A stretch of DNA of 62,871 nucleotides, the filler included, from Sluysia triapertura (lineage: Eukaryota): NCBI GenBank assembly GCA_046118255.1. It is 5 parts of 5 records of this genome, joined end to end, with 100 filler letters (N's around TTAATTAATTAA, not from the genome) between each part and the next. Parts side by side here need not be neighbours in the genome. Positions count along the whole stretch, not along the records: positions 40,275 to 51,693 come from JBJNIA010184946.1; positions 51,794 to 62,871 come from JBJNIA010189264.1; 3 more parts are not named here. One strand, 5' to 3'. Below, piece after piece: positions 49,701 through 62,871 of this stretch; position 1 is the stretch's first letter, and every line of letters starts with the position of its first letter. The notes below the pieces were generated by a model. It was given only the letters and a program-made list of their open reading frames with translations. It was not told the DNA's origin and did not search any database. A program made the translations under genes and the position numbers.

Positions 49701-51671
49701 AGTGGGAAGGAGAACACATTATCTTAAGGAATTACACTGGTTGCCAATAAAAGCAAGAACAGAATTCAAAATCATGACAATAATTTACAAATGTTAACCT
49801 TATGGAAGTTCTGGATATCTTTTAGAAATAATACGAAAATTGGAAATCAAGATAAATATTTTATTGAGACATAATAATAATCTATACAGGATCCACAGTG
49901 ATAACAAGCTAGGCGATAGGTTGTATACCATTGATGTTTCAAAAATATGCAACCAGTTACCAGAGAATGTCAAATTACTGGAAGATTATGAAATCTTTAA
50001 GAAAAAGGAAAAGTTCTTTCTGTTTCAGAAATATTATGGCGAATGATTTACCTTAAGCGCTTTTGAGTACTTACGCAGTAGATATTATTATTTTTTTTAT
50101 TATCTGATCTTCTTTTATTCATATAATATTGCAAGTATAATCTATTTTGAGTTAAATTTAGGTCGAAATGTTTCTGATTCTATGCTATATATCAAACAAT
50201 CCATTTTTTGAGTTTAATCTTAACTTTTAAATTTTAACATTTCTGTATTAAATTTATATAAATTTGATATTTCATAAATTTTGATTATTGATTATATTTT
50301 TACATATTTTAATATATAATCTAATACCCAAAGTCAATATTAGAGTTAATATTCTGAAAACCTTTCAAAATTAAAACTATTTTACAATTATAATAAATAA
50401 TTTTAACCTGAAGACCGGGATGTTGACCATCACATATTCTAGCTAGTAATTTTAGCACTAACTCAATATACCCATCATCTTTCATGCTTATTTCTGGTTC
50501 TTCTTCATTGTATATTTCTTCTTCATTTTCCTCCTAATATTTTAATAAATTAACATTATACAAAATAAATTCATTCATTTATTAGCAGGTCTTAAAAAAA
50601 GTATTAATCTTTTTATTAATTCTATACCAAAATATTGACAAGAATTTAGATAAATTATTATAAAAAACGTTTTGGAAATTGTTCTGTTAGTGTTTTTATT
50701 TTTATCAACAAATGTTATAATCTTAAAATCATTACAATCATTTAAAATCACATAAAAAATTATCAGTTTTTGATGATTAAAATTATTATACTTAAAAAAT
50801 TTGATTTTTAGAAAAAAGAATAGTACACTTAATTTATTTTTCGAATTTCATTGGTTATGTTATAGATGTTGGAAAATAAATTAATAAATTAATAAAATAA
50901 AATTCTCAATTCTTTCAAATTTTCTCTAAATATTGTTTTTTCTTCACATCTACACGAATATCATTAAAAAAAGTAACAATATAAAAATAACAATATAAAA
51001 GTAACAATATAAATGTAACAATATAAATGTAGAAATGTAATCCTTGTTGTCTGTTAGAAAAAAACGTAAGCGTTATATTTATCTGTAGAACAAGTGAAAC
51101 GACAATTTAAAATCGTTTAAAAATTTATTAAAATTTAAAAAGTCAAAATATTGAGCAAAAAATAAAAAACATTTAAGAAAATTTTGTATTTAATTTGTTA
51201 AGGGAATTCAAAAGAAAGAATCTGAAACAAAATAATAATTAATGAAAATTTTAGTGTTTTTATATAATAATTTTAAGTAAAGAATAATCATTAAAATTCA
51301 AAATTCATCCAAAAAGTTATAATAAGATAAATAACATAATATTTAATTATTGCATGTTTTAAAAAATTACAAAAACGTACTACGACTACCACAGATTCAA
51401 TATTATCATCCGTTTTATCTTCAGATAACAATTTTTCTGATACATTATTCGTAAGTTTTGGATTTTCACCTGACATTGATTTATCTAAATGACCACCTTT
51501 TTTCTTTTTTCCTGTTCTTGGTTTTCCATTAACGGTACCATTAGTTATCGCTTTAGACGATTTCTAAAAATTAGGAAAGTAAATAAAAGTAAAAAAAGAA
51601 TATTAAAAATCATACTGTTAAATTTGAGACTGCATTTTCCATTCTTTGAGTACTAACCATCATCTTGATTT
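46758..51671 (-). CDS. ITPR: Inositol 1,4,5-trisphosphate receptor-like channel, internal exons (RIH-associated domain)
   Basis: GT-AG exons at ~51615-51671, 51381-51563, 50408-50533 (ELVLKLLARICDGQHPGLQ), 48045-48194 (TYLREQPDNVKSFNLVAEVVQFL...FSTINEFVA) and 46758-46943 (GNQENRLTVYDNKIIDYINYIL) match the IP3R consensus LCExHNxxLQNxLRxQ...NLV...TLTEY...NQ. Confidence 0.88.
49400..50100 (+). mobile_element. L2-clade LINE ORF2 C-terminal remnant inside an ITPR intron
   Basis: Reads VRNMGCYMDSKMNME...IRKFINKETAKLIVHSMITSNIDFNNGLL...KLQLIINQAARLI...LKELHWLPIKARTEFK, followed by a TAT-repeat tail. Confidence 0.88.
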
Positions 51672-51693
51672 CCTAAGAGTATTTTTATAATTA

Positions 51694-51793
51694 NNNNNNN
51701 NNNNNNNNNNNNNNNNNNNNNNNNNNNNNNNNNNNNNTTAATTAATTAANNNNNNNNNNNNNNNNNNNNNNNNNNNNNNNNNNNNNNNNNNNN
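51694..51793. other. Artificial contig spacer
   Basis: 44 N + TTAATTAATTAA + 44 N. Confidence 0.97.
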
Positions 51794-51904
51794 TCAGCTG
51801 GTCGGTTACATTTTTTCAATTATGCCATGGCCATAAGTTATTAGCCAATTAAGTTAATATTATAAAATGGAACCAAAAAAAGGTTTGGTAGTGAAAGGGT
51901 TAAG
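51794..51904. mobile_element. Possible piggyBac-type terminus
   Basis: GGTAGTGAAAGGG followed by TTAA (reverse complement TTAA CCCTTTCACTACC). The other end is not in view. Confidence 0.4.
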
Positions 51905-54900
51905 AATAATAATGAATTGTCTAAGTGCATTAAGCACCTAAGTAATTTTTTTATTAAGAGTGATGATGACAAATATTTAATTAATAATTAGAATAAATAA
52001 TAATGACAAATCACATAAAATTCATAAATTAAAAAATAAAACACCATCACTAACACCAAAATGGTGTCGAGTCTGAACAGACATTAAAAGTCGTTAAATT
52101 GAATGATTTTAAGTATGAAAGAAATCCCAATAACAACTTACGAATTCTTTTGTTTAATAAAATATCGATGCAATTGTCCTTTGTAGAAGTGATTAGTCTC
52201 TTTCAGTATTTAAATAGGTTATATAGCGTGTTGCGTAATCACGTAAAACGATTTAAATAAACTGGCTAATCAAACGAGTAGTATTCAGTAAAACCTTTTC
52301 TTTTATTTTTCCTTTTTTGTGTGATTTTGTACGAATGCGTCCTCTTTATATAATCTTGTAGTGATCCACCTCATAATTTAGAATTTTACATTGCTCTATT
52401 TTCACACAAAACAGAAATTGCTCACTAAACAATTAATCACGATATGCTAAATACGCTTACCACAATACGTTAATCAAAACATGCGATAACACAAATTCTT
52501 AAATATCACACTTCATACAAAAACAATAACATCTCTCACTTTCGCTTTTTCAATTTTACCTATACACAAAATTCTCTCCATCCAAACATTAGGCAAATAA
52601 CAATCGTAGATAATGGTAATAATTAATCATGGTATAATAACGTTTTTATTGTTTTATTTTTATCATTTTTCTTTTCATGTTGTGTACGTACATTAAAAAG
52701 TGATCATTCTAGAAAACATTTTTATCAGAACGTTATATAGCAAGGTATCTATATAGGCCAACAAATCCTGTGGTAAAGTGTTCTGTTGTGTTTTCATATT
52801 TGAAAGCATAATTATTATATTTAAGCGTGAATATTAAATAAATGTGTAAAAATTACAAATTAGATATTTTTAATAATAATTTAATCAATAATACGGTGAT
52901 ACTGTTTGCAGTATGGTCTTCTTTTGACAAAATGGTTTTCTTTTATCATTTTACATTTAATGTGTCTTCAGTCAACAGCTATATAATTAGTTTTAATACG
53001 AATTCTAAAACTGGTAACAAAGAAGATAATTATTCAAATATAAATCCTGATGCACAAATATTTCCAGTGTTTGTCATTTTTTGTGTTAAAATCCATCGAA
53101 TTCATTACGGTTATCAATCTAATTTCCTTAATTCCATATTGTCATGCAACGTCAGAGAACCTATGTGTACCTTCCAATTAGTAGAAATATACCTAATAAT
53201 GATTATTGCTATCTACCTATGAAGCTACGGCACTTTAAAAACAATCCACTAATCCTATACAGTTTATGGTTTATTAGTCGACCTATTGTACATACTATCG
53301 TTTGTTTTTATTAAGACCTCTACACTCACATGAGTTTTGCGTATTTTTTGTTCAATACACTTCATGTATTTTATATAAAACTTTTAATTAAACGATTTTG
53401 TGTATATAATAAATCAAACGAATTTTATTTTTGTGTTAAATTTTCAACCTAATAAATAACAATTTATTTTATTTTGTAAAAGTTAACAGAATACGATTTA
53501 ATGTGAAGAAAATTTTAAAATATTTACTTATAATATTAGGAAAACATTACAATTATCCAACTACAATTACACAATACAAGTAATTGTATTATTTTCTCTA
53601 TTGATAAAGAACATTGAATCGTTTATCTCTCATTATATTATACTTTCTAATCAAACACTATTAGTTATCTATCAATCACAATCTATAAAAATAGTCCAAT
53701 TTCACCCCGTTAAAACCTTCATTCTTACTCTGCTATCCACCTTGAATGAAATCAATATTAACCAGTTCATGAGAACTTTTAAAACACAAAATTCACCTAT
53801 TATAATAACTTTTAATTTACAAAATTATTTAACGTTTATTACGTTACATTTACAAAATTTATACTTTAATAATTATACTTTTATTTCAAAACTCAATATC
53901 TCAAAATTCAACTCATTTTAATTTACAACTTTTGACTTAGTATCCGGTGTTCGGTAAAATAAATAAATTTAATTTAATGCACTCCCTGTTTGTGCAGAAT
54001 TATTTTAACCGTTTGTTTATTTTTGATTAATATTATATATTTTTAATTATTTTAATTAACTTTTAATTAATTATCTTGTCAATTACAGGAGTTTGCAGAG
54101 AATAATTCCATTTTGATGAAACCATAACAATCGTAGCAACTTTACAATAATAATATAATAATCATAATATAAATTTGGGATTATAAAGTCTGATTTTCAC
54201 TCAACAGTAAAATGTATACATTTTTTAAGCCGCAAAACATGGATTAAAATGGGAATTAAAATTCATCAATATTTAAATACACATATCACAAATTGGGTCC
54301 CGAAAGAGTCAGAAATATGTAAAACTTCTCTTTAATAAAATCTCAACATTTATAATAAATATTAGTCAGATAATAAAGATCGTGTTTTAAAACTTTCAAT
54401 GTTGAAGATAACGATTTATTCAACGATTTTAAAAGTTCATAATCATTTGAAGTTTGGGGAATTTTATGTGATGATCAGATAGAAAGCAGTTTTATATTAA
54501 AAATTTTACTAAATCCGATTTTAAACTCAAGTTAAATTTTATATCCTCATGATTTAGCTTGTTCAACAATTAATCTCCACGTGGCAAGTACCACAGAATT
54601 GCACTCGCATTTACGACATTTTCTATATACCTTCCTGTTCTATCGAACACCACTTCTCAGATGCTTTCCTTCTTCTCAAATTGTATGTTTCTGTGCTTGT
54701 CGATTGAGTAAGTGTCAAAATCATTATGTCACAACCCAATATAATTCCATATACAGAATGCGCGCAATATATCAAATAATAAATTTAATTCCGTTGATTA
54801 ACCAGTTCAAGATAACAAATTAATTCAGATCCCATCACCAAATAAGAATTCTAACTTTATTATTGTAGCTATAAATATTTGTTCTTATAGAAAATAATTT

Positions 54901-57900
54901 ATTCCATGTGTTGTAAAGAGTAAACGTCACATAACTTCATGATGGTGTGTATTAAGTGTCCATATATCAAGTCCAATAACCGCAATATCATACTCGAAGC
55001 AAAATGGATTTTCTTAAGTACGAATTTGTTTTAATTGAAAATGTTAATTAAAATGTTTAACAATGCCACACAGATTTATCTGCTTCGTATCTATACTTAT
55101 TTTCACATTACTTATTTAAGAGGTCCTTTCATTATCAAGAATTATATTAGACCTATTGAAATGTACCAGATTGGAATGATATCAACTAATATATTTATAA
55201 CACAACATTTATATATAACTTTCTTCAAAAATAGATTTTACATTTTGATCAAATTAGAATAAAGCACTTTACTTAGGTATTGTTCTTGTTAAATCAGTAT
55301 TCACCAATAATGAGTTGCATATTCATTAAACGAAAATACTATTTTATGTAATGTTCAAAAAGATAACAATAAATTGAAAAGGTTGTATCAGACATAAAAA
55401 TCAGTTTATCTCTTATACGAAGAATAAAAATATCTTTGCACTTAATCAGATTAACTTTCGTAAGTGTTTCTTCTTCTAAAACCACTTTATTATATATTAA
55501 TTTTTCTATATTCGATGGTATTTACTTAATCACTTTACGCTATCAGCAGCAGAATTTAATTTCAATAATTTTAATAATTAATAGGCGGCACTTAAATATT
55601 AGTTATTAAGATTTCTATTTGATAAATATTTTAATACTAGTTTTGGATATTAGTAAAAAATTAAAAAACATTAAAGCTTAATTTATTTAAGAGACAAACC
55701 CTAACAAAATATAACTTACGATTACTGCAAGTGATACAAATTTGGGGCAATAGCAATGGAGCGGAATCTAGACCCCTATTGATTGTGAAACTGTTTGGGT
55801 AACCAATTAGTTAATGTAATTTGTAATGTTATGTATGTAATATATGTAATTTGTAATTTTATTTATAATTTTATATGTTAAAATATTGTAATTTACGTAA
55901 TTAAAATTAAATTGTAATTACATAGTTATCATTGAATTATTATATTATTTTTATTATTATTAAATTATTTTAAATATTATTGTATTACAATATTTTAAAC
56001 ATTATTTTATAAAAAATTATTAATAATAATAGTATTATTACTAAATCAAAAAGTAGAATTATAAATATTATTAATCATCACATTTTTCTTATTAGTCATC
56101 TAGCATATTAAATTAGTATTGACCTTAAGATTCTAAAAAATATAAATAGCTAAGGTATTAATTTTAAAAATATAACAGAACAATCAGAAAGTGGTCTAAA
56201 TTTTGAAGTCAATTTATTTCATTACATTTAAACAGTGCAACGAGTTTTAAATTGGTTATAACATTGATCGTTACAATCTCAATAATTATCAACGATTCAT
56301 ATAAAACAACTAATTTTTGAACACGTTAGTCCATATTACTGTAAAATAATTGCTGATTTTAATACAGTATAAATTTCCGTAAAATCGATCAATAAATTTT
56401 ATTACGAATAAAATTTTTAAAACCATTATTACTAAAAGTAATAGTATTTAATTAGTTATTCATAATCCTTACGAAATTAAATTTTAAATTGATTAAAGTT
56501 TACGAAACATTAAAGTTAATTACAAGATATTGAAAATATACTTTTGTGAAGTAGCCATTCGCATTTTACATATTAATTTGTAAATGAAGTCGATATTCGC
56601 ATTTTACTAAACATTGTTTTAACGTTATATATTAATTTATCATTTGTATTTGTTTTATATAAATTGCTTAATAATTATTCTACAAATTATTCGTATTGCT
56701 TGCCTAAATACTTGCATTTATATACTTGTATTATTATATAAAACGTATTATTATCATTTAATATTCTTTTTACTCTATTATTATTTCGACGTTGTATATA
56801 AATAAATAAATTAAGTTTAAAGTATAAATTAAGTACAAAGTATAAATAAATAAAATTTTTTGAAATTAAAGAAAATTACGTTGTTTACTACCATTTCTTT
56901 TCGAATCAACTAAATTAATTAGATTCAGAATATTTAAAATATAACAAATTATAAAAAGCTTTTGATCGTTTATAATAATCTCAATCTATTAATTTCTGAT
57001 CTTAAAATATTATTTTAATAAATCTCGCTAAAAGTAGCGGAACCTCAATCGAAGTTATCCAAAATATTTTAGTTGACCTCAGTTATTTCCAATAATCTTC
57101 CATTGACATCTATGCATCAGCCCTTAAGTGTGTAAATTATAACTCACATAAATTATACATAAAAAGACGACAAAAGTTTTTAAATCAAATTCTCACACTT
57201 TTCGCACCAATTTGAATTGTTAGATCAGGAGCAAACAATTTCTAAATCATTTGAGCTTTGTGGTAAATTCAAATGTAAATTCAAAATTGAATCAAGTATT
57301 AAATATTTTGCAATTTATCAAAAGTTAGTCAAGAGTGAAATATTAGCTAATAATTCGTTATGTTGGGTTTGAAGTTTGAGTAACTGATGACCAAACGATG
57401 TATATATTTGCCTATATTATTTTGATTTTATTATTATATTTATTTAATTTTATTTATTTCATTTAAATATTATAGTAAATATTAAATATTTATCATTAAA
57501 TATTTATTTATTTATTAAATATTATTATAGTAAATATTAAATCAAAAAATTTTTAAATATTAAATTTTAAAATTCGTTTAAATAAACCATTTAAAAGAAA
57601 ATTTGTTTAAAATTATTTCATTCGCCATGTTTGATTTTTTAATATAAATGTTACTAAAAATCAATGGAATTTACACAAGATTTGATAGGAAAAATTACAA
57701 TCAACTAGATATCCAGAAGAAAATCCATGCTTGCGAAGTAAATTTATTTTTTACTTATTTTTTATAAGAATCAAAATCATAGATAAAATAATATTATAAC
57801 ATAATATTCATTGATTTTTTAAAATCTAAAATTGATTTAATTTAAATTTATTTTAAATAAAAATTATTTCAAAGTAAAATTAAAATCATTATCAGTAAGA

Positions 57901-60581
57901 TTATAATGCTTTATATCAATTTAAAATAAGATTTAATAGAGTTAATATAAATTCAAAATTTAATAACAAATAACAATTAGTTCTAGAGTAAAATAAAATA
58001 ATCGTTTTAAAAAGAGATTCTATAAAGACAATATAACATTAAATTTTAAGAACATAAAGATTATTCTAATGAGAGTTAAAATTATTAAATTGAGATTTTG
58101 TAAAATTAGTGTACAATTAAAAATTAATAACATTATTCTCGATCAAAATTAACTTAAGATTGAGAGAATAATGTTATATCAAATTTAAAAGCATTTTAAT
58201 CGACAAAAATCATATTAAAGTGAGATTTAATATAAACAGTATATAATTAAATTTTAATAAAATACAAATGCTGTTATTACTAAATATTAAATATTACTAT
58301 TGTTAAATATACATACAAAATAATTCAATTAAATAAAAAATTATAAAGAATTACTGTTACTACTATTAAACACATACAGAATAATTTAAATATGAAAATC
58401 GTATTTAAAAATTATTATATTGATTATTACTATCACTGTTATAAATCATATCTAACAATAACCATATTAACTATTTCTAATCTACACTATAGAAAATCGT
58501 ATTTAAAAATTATTATACTGATTATTCAAATTTAAAATATAACTGTTATTTAAATAAATAAACCATATCCGAAAATAACCATATTAACTATTTCTAATTT
58601 ACACTATAAAAAGTCGTTCTATCTTAAAAGCAGACAATTTTATTAATAGAAAGAGAAAATAAAATTTGTAGAGCATTTTCGAAGCGAATTTTCGGAAGTA
58701 AAATCTTAAAGACAACCAACAATTATCCAATTAATCATTATCGAATTATGGTGGAGGACCTTTGGGAACAAATGATAAAGCAGACATTGACAGCTGAAAT
58801 TGATTCATCGTTCACATATTGATCCTGATTATTACCTAGTGACTTTTATTGTTCATAAAGAATTTTACTAGTAAAATATTGAATTTTATTATCATTTTTG
58901 TTGTTATCGTTGTTTCTTGCGTAGAATAAATAAATTGTTTAAACTTAATTTAAGCTTTTTATTGTATAGATTCGCTGAGAGCAGTGACCCAAGGAGAAAA
59001 TATCGTAAAGTAAATTAAATTTAAAGAGTTACACAAATAAATGAACTCTGTGAAAATCACGATAAAATAATCTTAAACTAATTTAAATTAAACAATTATC
59101 TGCGTTTCCATTCCCGATTATCGGAACGAGTATCCGATCTCATAAGTCCGGATAATTCAGTTTAAAGCGTAAATATTGTGTATAAAGCAAAAATATAAAT
59201 AATTGTTCAAGTAAAATAGTTATTAAAAAACTTTTTAACTGCTGGGAGTAATAATTTGTGTAATTGAAGAAGTTAAATCATTGTTAAGAATCAAAGATAC
59301 ATATCGATAGAGTGAAAATCTCTCCATAACATTTTGTTAGGCTGCACCGAAAGATTCGATTGTTTACACTTTATATATACATAAAATTATTGATACAAGA
59401 AAGTACCCGGAGTCATTTGAAGTTTTGTAAAGAATAATAACTATTGAACAGCTTGAGTTTTTCTTAAATCCCCAAAGATTTACGCTAGACCTTAAAGGTT
59501 GGCTCAAATTCTTTCACAAAGTTAGACCATAATAGGCCAGTTCAACCTATAAAGTAACGAAACTTGAATATTTATTATTTAGTAATTAATGAGTTCTGAT
59601 AAACAATCTTTGTAAATAGGCTTTGAGCAAATCCTAATAGACCGCCTTCGGCCAGATATAAGACGTATCTGTTAGACGAATTCAAAGAATTATTTTGCAA
59701 ACTTTTAGCACAAACACTTGCAATTAGTATGGAAATACAATTTCTTTTTTTGTTACATAATTATTTTATCTAGGGATTTTATCATTTTCTTATTTTTTAT
59801 TCTTGTTCTTACTACCGAACTAAAAGATTTAAAATTAAGCTAAAATTCCGTGATAACACAAATTTTTAACCTCGGGACAACCTAGCACTTTTATTTCTAC
59901 CTAAAGTTGAATTTAAAATTTATTTATGATTTAAAAAATGTAAAGCAAATTTTCTAAATATAGATTTTTAAAATTTTAATATTTGTCTGTGCCAAGTTGT
60001 CATTTTCAGGATCATATTTCTGAGCCTGTTTCTTATATTTTTAATCAATAAAACAGTGAATAGTAGACTCTGAAAGAAATTGAGTATAAAAGACAAAAAG
60101 CGTTTGAAATAAAATATATAAAAGAAGTTTTGGTATTGGAGATAGGAATCGTCTTATACCTCCTGAACGGATTTGTCATGTCATACAATATCAAACCAAA
60201 AAAACATTACTACCACTTATAGAATATATCAAAGCGGAATTTAGAAAGATAAAAAATTCCAAAATATAAATTAAATCAGATTTAATGTGTTACCAAAAAT
60301 ATACTTTGATGAATACTCTATTACACTGGTGCAACATCATTCTTGTCAGGTTTTATATATCATTGAAGATAATGTAATGTGATACAGCATAACCTTACAA
60401 TAAAATAAATATTTCTAGATATTACAACTCATACTTCAGCAAAAAATTGTCTTTTAAAACATTCAATAAATAATTTTATAAAATTTCTTACATTCAATCG
60501 CTTTTAATAAATTTATTCTTTAAAATTATTAATTAATTCCACAAATTCGTTTTATATTAGATTTCAATAAATTTAACTTAC

Positions 60582-60813
60582 TTTGTTGCTATATAATAAT
60601 CAACACAATAATCACGTTGACTATATGGAACTTTAGCCGCAATTATTTCATCTTCAGTGACCTAGCATCATAAAAAAACAGTAATAACCAAACTTTAGGT
60701 AAAGGTCGCTTTTTGCGACCATTTGGAAAACCATATAAAGGATCAAAAGTAGGATCAGTAGTAATATCAGGCCAATAATCAGGATCTCTCCAGGTAGCTA
60801 AATTGTTACCCAT
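60582..60813 (-). CDS. NDUFB7: NADH dehydrogenase 1 beta subcomplex subunit 7, exons 1-2
   Basis: MGNNLATWRDPDYWPDITTDPTFDPLYGFPNGRKKRPLPK, then a 32-nt GT-AG intron (60662-60693), then VTEDEIIAAKVPYSQRDYCVDYYIAT ending at a GTAAGT donor. PTFxPxYGF and RDYC are NDUFB7 motifs. Downstream exons were not located. Confidence 0.88.
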
Positions 60814-62049
60814 TTATTAAAAAACTAAAAATTAAGCTAAATATGTATATAGTACAATAAAAATAATAATCATAATTAAATTATATTAAATAAATAATTC
60901 ATTTTATATCATGATATTTATTTTAAGTTTGAAATATTTTTTCAAATAAAAATCTTTTAATGTCCTACTTTTTTAATAAATACTTTTAAATTGCAATTTT
61001 ATAGAATAAATATAGTTAATGTAGTATATTTAAATTGAATTTTTGTTAAAAAGTGACGAAGGTTTTAATTATTCAATATTTTTTGTTAAGTTAAATAAAC
61101 TAAATTTTCTTTTAATTTTCAAATTATCATTTTCGTACGAATTTTATTAATACTTTCATTTAAAAAATAATTGAATATGATTTAAGGAATGAAAAAATCG
61201 TAACTATATACATTGTGTTTTGTACACAAAATAAATTTTATTGTTTTTAATTATCAAAATGCATTTTGAATCAATGAATGAAAAGTAAATTCTTTCAGTA
61301 AACAGGAATTAATAAAGTTCAAAAATTAAGTGTTAAAAATTATGAAACAATTAATACATTGTAAACAATTATATTTTGATGCAATCGCATTTTGCTGTGA
61401 TTTTTCTTATTCTTAACCTACGGTAAAATAAATTTTGGCAAGATTCAGTTACAGTGTGTAACTATAAATGATAATTCTTAAAATTTAACTTACTAATGCC
61501 TTAACCTTAAAGTTGTCATATTAAAAACATGTTAATAAGTTCTAACTTGTATTATACTTACTTGAGCAGAGGATCTATATTTATTTATGAACCTTTAATT
61601 AACCGTTTTTTATAAAGGTATGTTAACACTACTGAGTTTATTAATTTAGCCCCTTTTAAATTTAATTCCTACTAATTGAAAAAATCGATTATTTAATGTA
61701 TAATGTAATTCTACTTTTTTGTAATATTTTAAGTAATCTACAATAATAGTTCATAAAAGACAAAAACTTGAAGAAAAGTTTTTTTATAATTTTTATTAAT
61801 AACACAGTAAAAAAATGTATACAGTGTAATAGGAAATGATAGTAATCGCGTACAAGATATAAGAATTAACAACTGTTAGGTGGCTATCATTTAAAAACCA
61901 TCTCAATCTTTAAAATCATTTTAAGAATCTTATTTTTCCAAAAAAGAAATTTCGTTTCCAAAAATAGAGTAGAAGTTTCTATATGGTTCTAGAACATTCC
62001 ATCGATTCATATTGGCTGATAACTAGCATATAAACCAGAATAAGTTTGC

Positions 62050-62420
62050 AAGTGTTTCTATTAAAATCTTATTCTTAACTGCAAATTATCTGAGGAATGG
62101 TCCGCCTAATATACACCACTGTTGGAGACGTATTATTAGGATTTTATCACTTGAATTTAGGAAGCATTTGCATATGTCTTACAATCTAACTTAAGCTAAG
62201 ATATAACTTAATTATTTAATCAAGTAATTTAACTTAATCGATTAATTTAATTTCAAATTTTACAAATTACACAACCCTTTTACTAAGGTGTTGTTTTTAA
62301 AATAAATATTTTATTTTATATATTTCGCAACCCTTTATTAAGGTGTTGTTAGAAAACAGATATTTTACTCGGTAAATTTACTTAATAAGTTTCATAACCC
62401 TTTTGTTGAGGTGTTATTTG
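62050..62420 (-). repeat. Second copy of the palindrome-array/LTR-end repeat seen at 17300-17780
   Basis: Three AACCCTTT...AGGTGTT units at ~62272, ~62329 and ~62396, and the shared CTCCAACA|GTGGTGTA junction. Confidence 0.7.
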
Positions 62421-62687
62421 GAAAGTGAATTTAATATTTCACCGTAGAAAATAAGTAACTCAAACTTAATTCAATGTATTACTTATCGCAAAAAGTGTAC
62501 TGATCAATTATGAATCGCAAGTACAGAGACAAAAATGTAATAATAATAATGAATTTATAATAATTCAATATGAAATTGATTTTTCTTTGATTCTGAATAT
62601 AAATTACGAAAACAATATTAAAGATTTCATGTGTAATTTAGTATTCCCAATTTAAGGTGAATACGAAAACTTAATAACAAAAAATCA

Positions 62688-62870
62688 CTTATTCGACATG
62701 GATCTATAAAATAATAATAATTGAATTTTTTCCGCTATAGCTAATTTAAATTTTTTTCTTGACTTCTTGTTGGGATTGCCCAACTGAGGATCTGGAGATG
62801 AATGAACATATGTAAAATCATAAAATGAAGGAAAAACTGGTACAAGTGATGGATTAAACATTGTAAACAT
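62688..62870 (-). CDS. Open segment, possibly an exon of an unidentified gene
   Basis: 61-codon ORF running to the window edge, with a possible GT donor at its end. No family was recognised. Confidence 0.25.
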
Positions 62871-62871
62871 T

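Noticed and set aside
11454-51793. Recurring TTAATTAATTAA palindrome within N runs as a biological site
   Set aside because: It has an identical 44+12+44 layout four times, so it is a concatenation linker. Adjacency across these spacers has no biological meaning.
62265-62420. Palindromic units with spacers as a CRISPR array
   Set aside because: There are only three degenerate units with irregular spacing, and they are part of a dispersed repeat.

Overview
Very AT-rich animal (invertebrate) nuclear DNA with some very short introns (32 and 50 nt seen). An orthonectid or other compact spiralian genome would fit, but this cannot be proven from the window. The window is not contiguous: it is five unrelated contigs joined by artificial 100-nt spacers (44 N + TTAATTAATTAA + 44 N) at 11454, 24038, 40175 and 51694, plus one real gap at 45405-45561. 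Host genes recognised: UQCR11-like, NDUFB7 (two exons), an IP3-receptor-like gene (RIH-associated exons), an intronless class A GPCR and two FN3 exons. Most of the rest is decayed mobile DNA: LINE ORF1, L2-type LINE tails, Ty3/Gypsy RT and protease remnants, hAT, Tc1/mariner and a piggyBac-like end. Most notable observations: (1) a family of 2-3 kb TGT...ACA elements that behave like very long LTRs. They share termini and a 5' block, two copies share a covarying hairpin and a 3' block, one has a perfect 5-bp target-site duplication, and each copy carries different protein-coding cargo. (2) A decayed chuvirus-like glycoprotein next to a retropepsin remnant. (3) A Gypsy-like 3' region carrying several accessory ORFs (membrane proteins, a RING finger). 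(4) Apparently intronless host-gene fragments (PHKA, EFA6/PSD Sec7, RBM15-like RRM) inside LTR-element contexts. All homology calls come from manual translation and motif recognition; no database searches were run.
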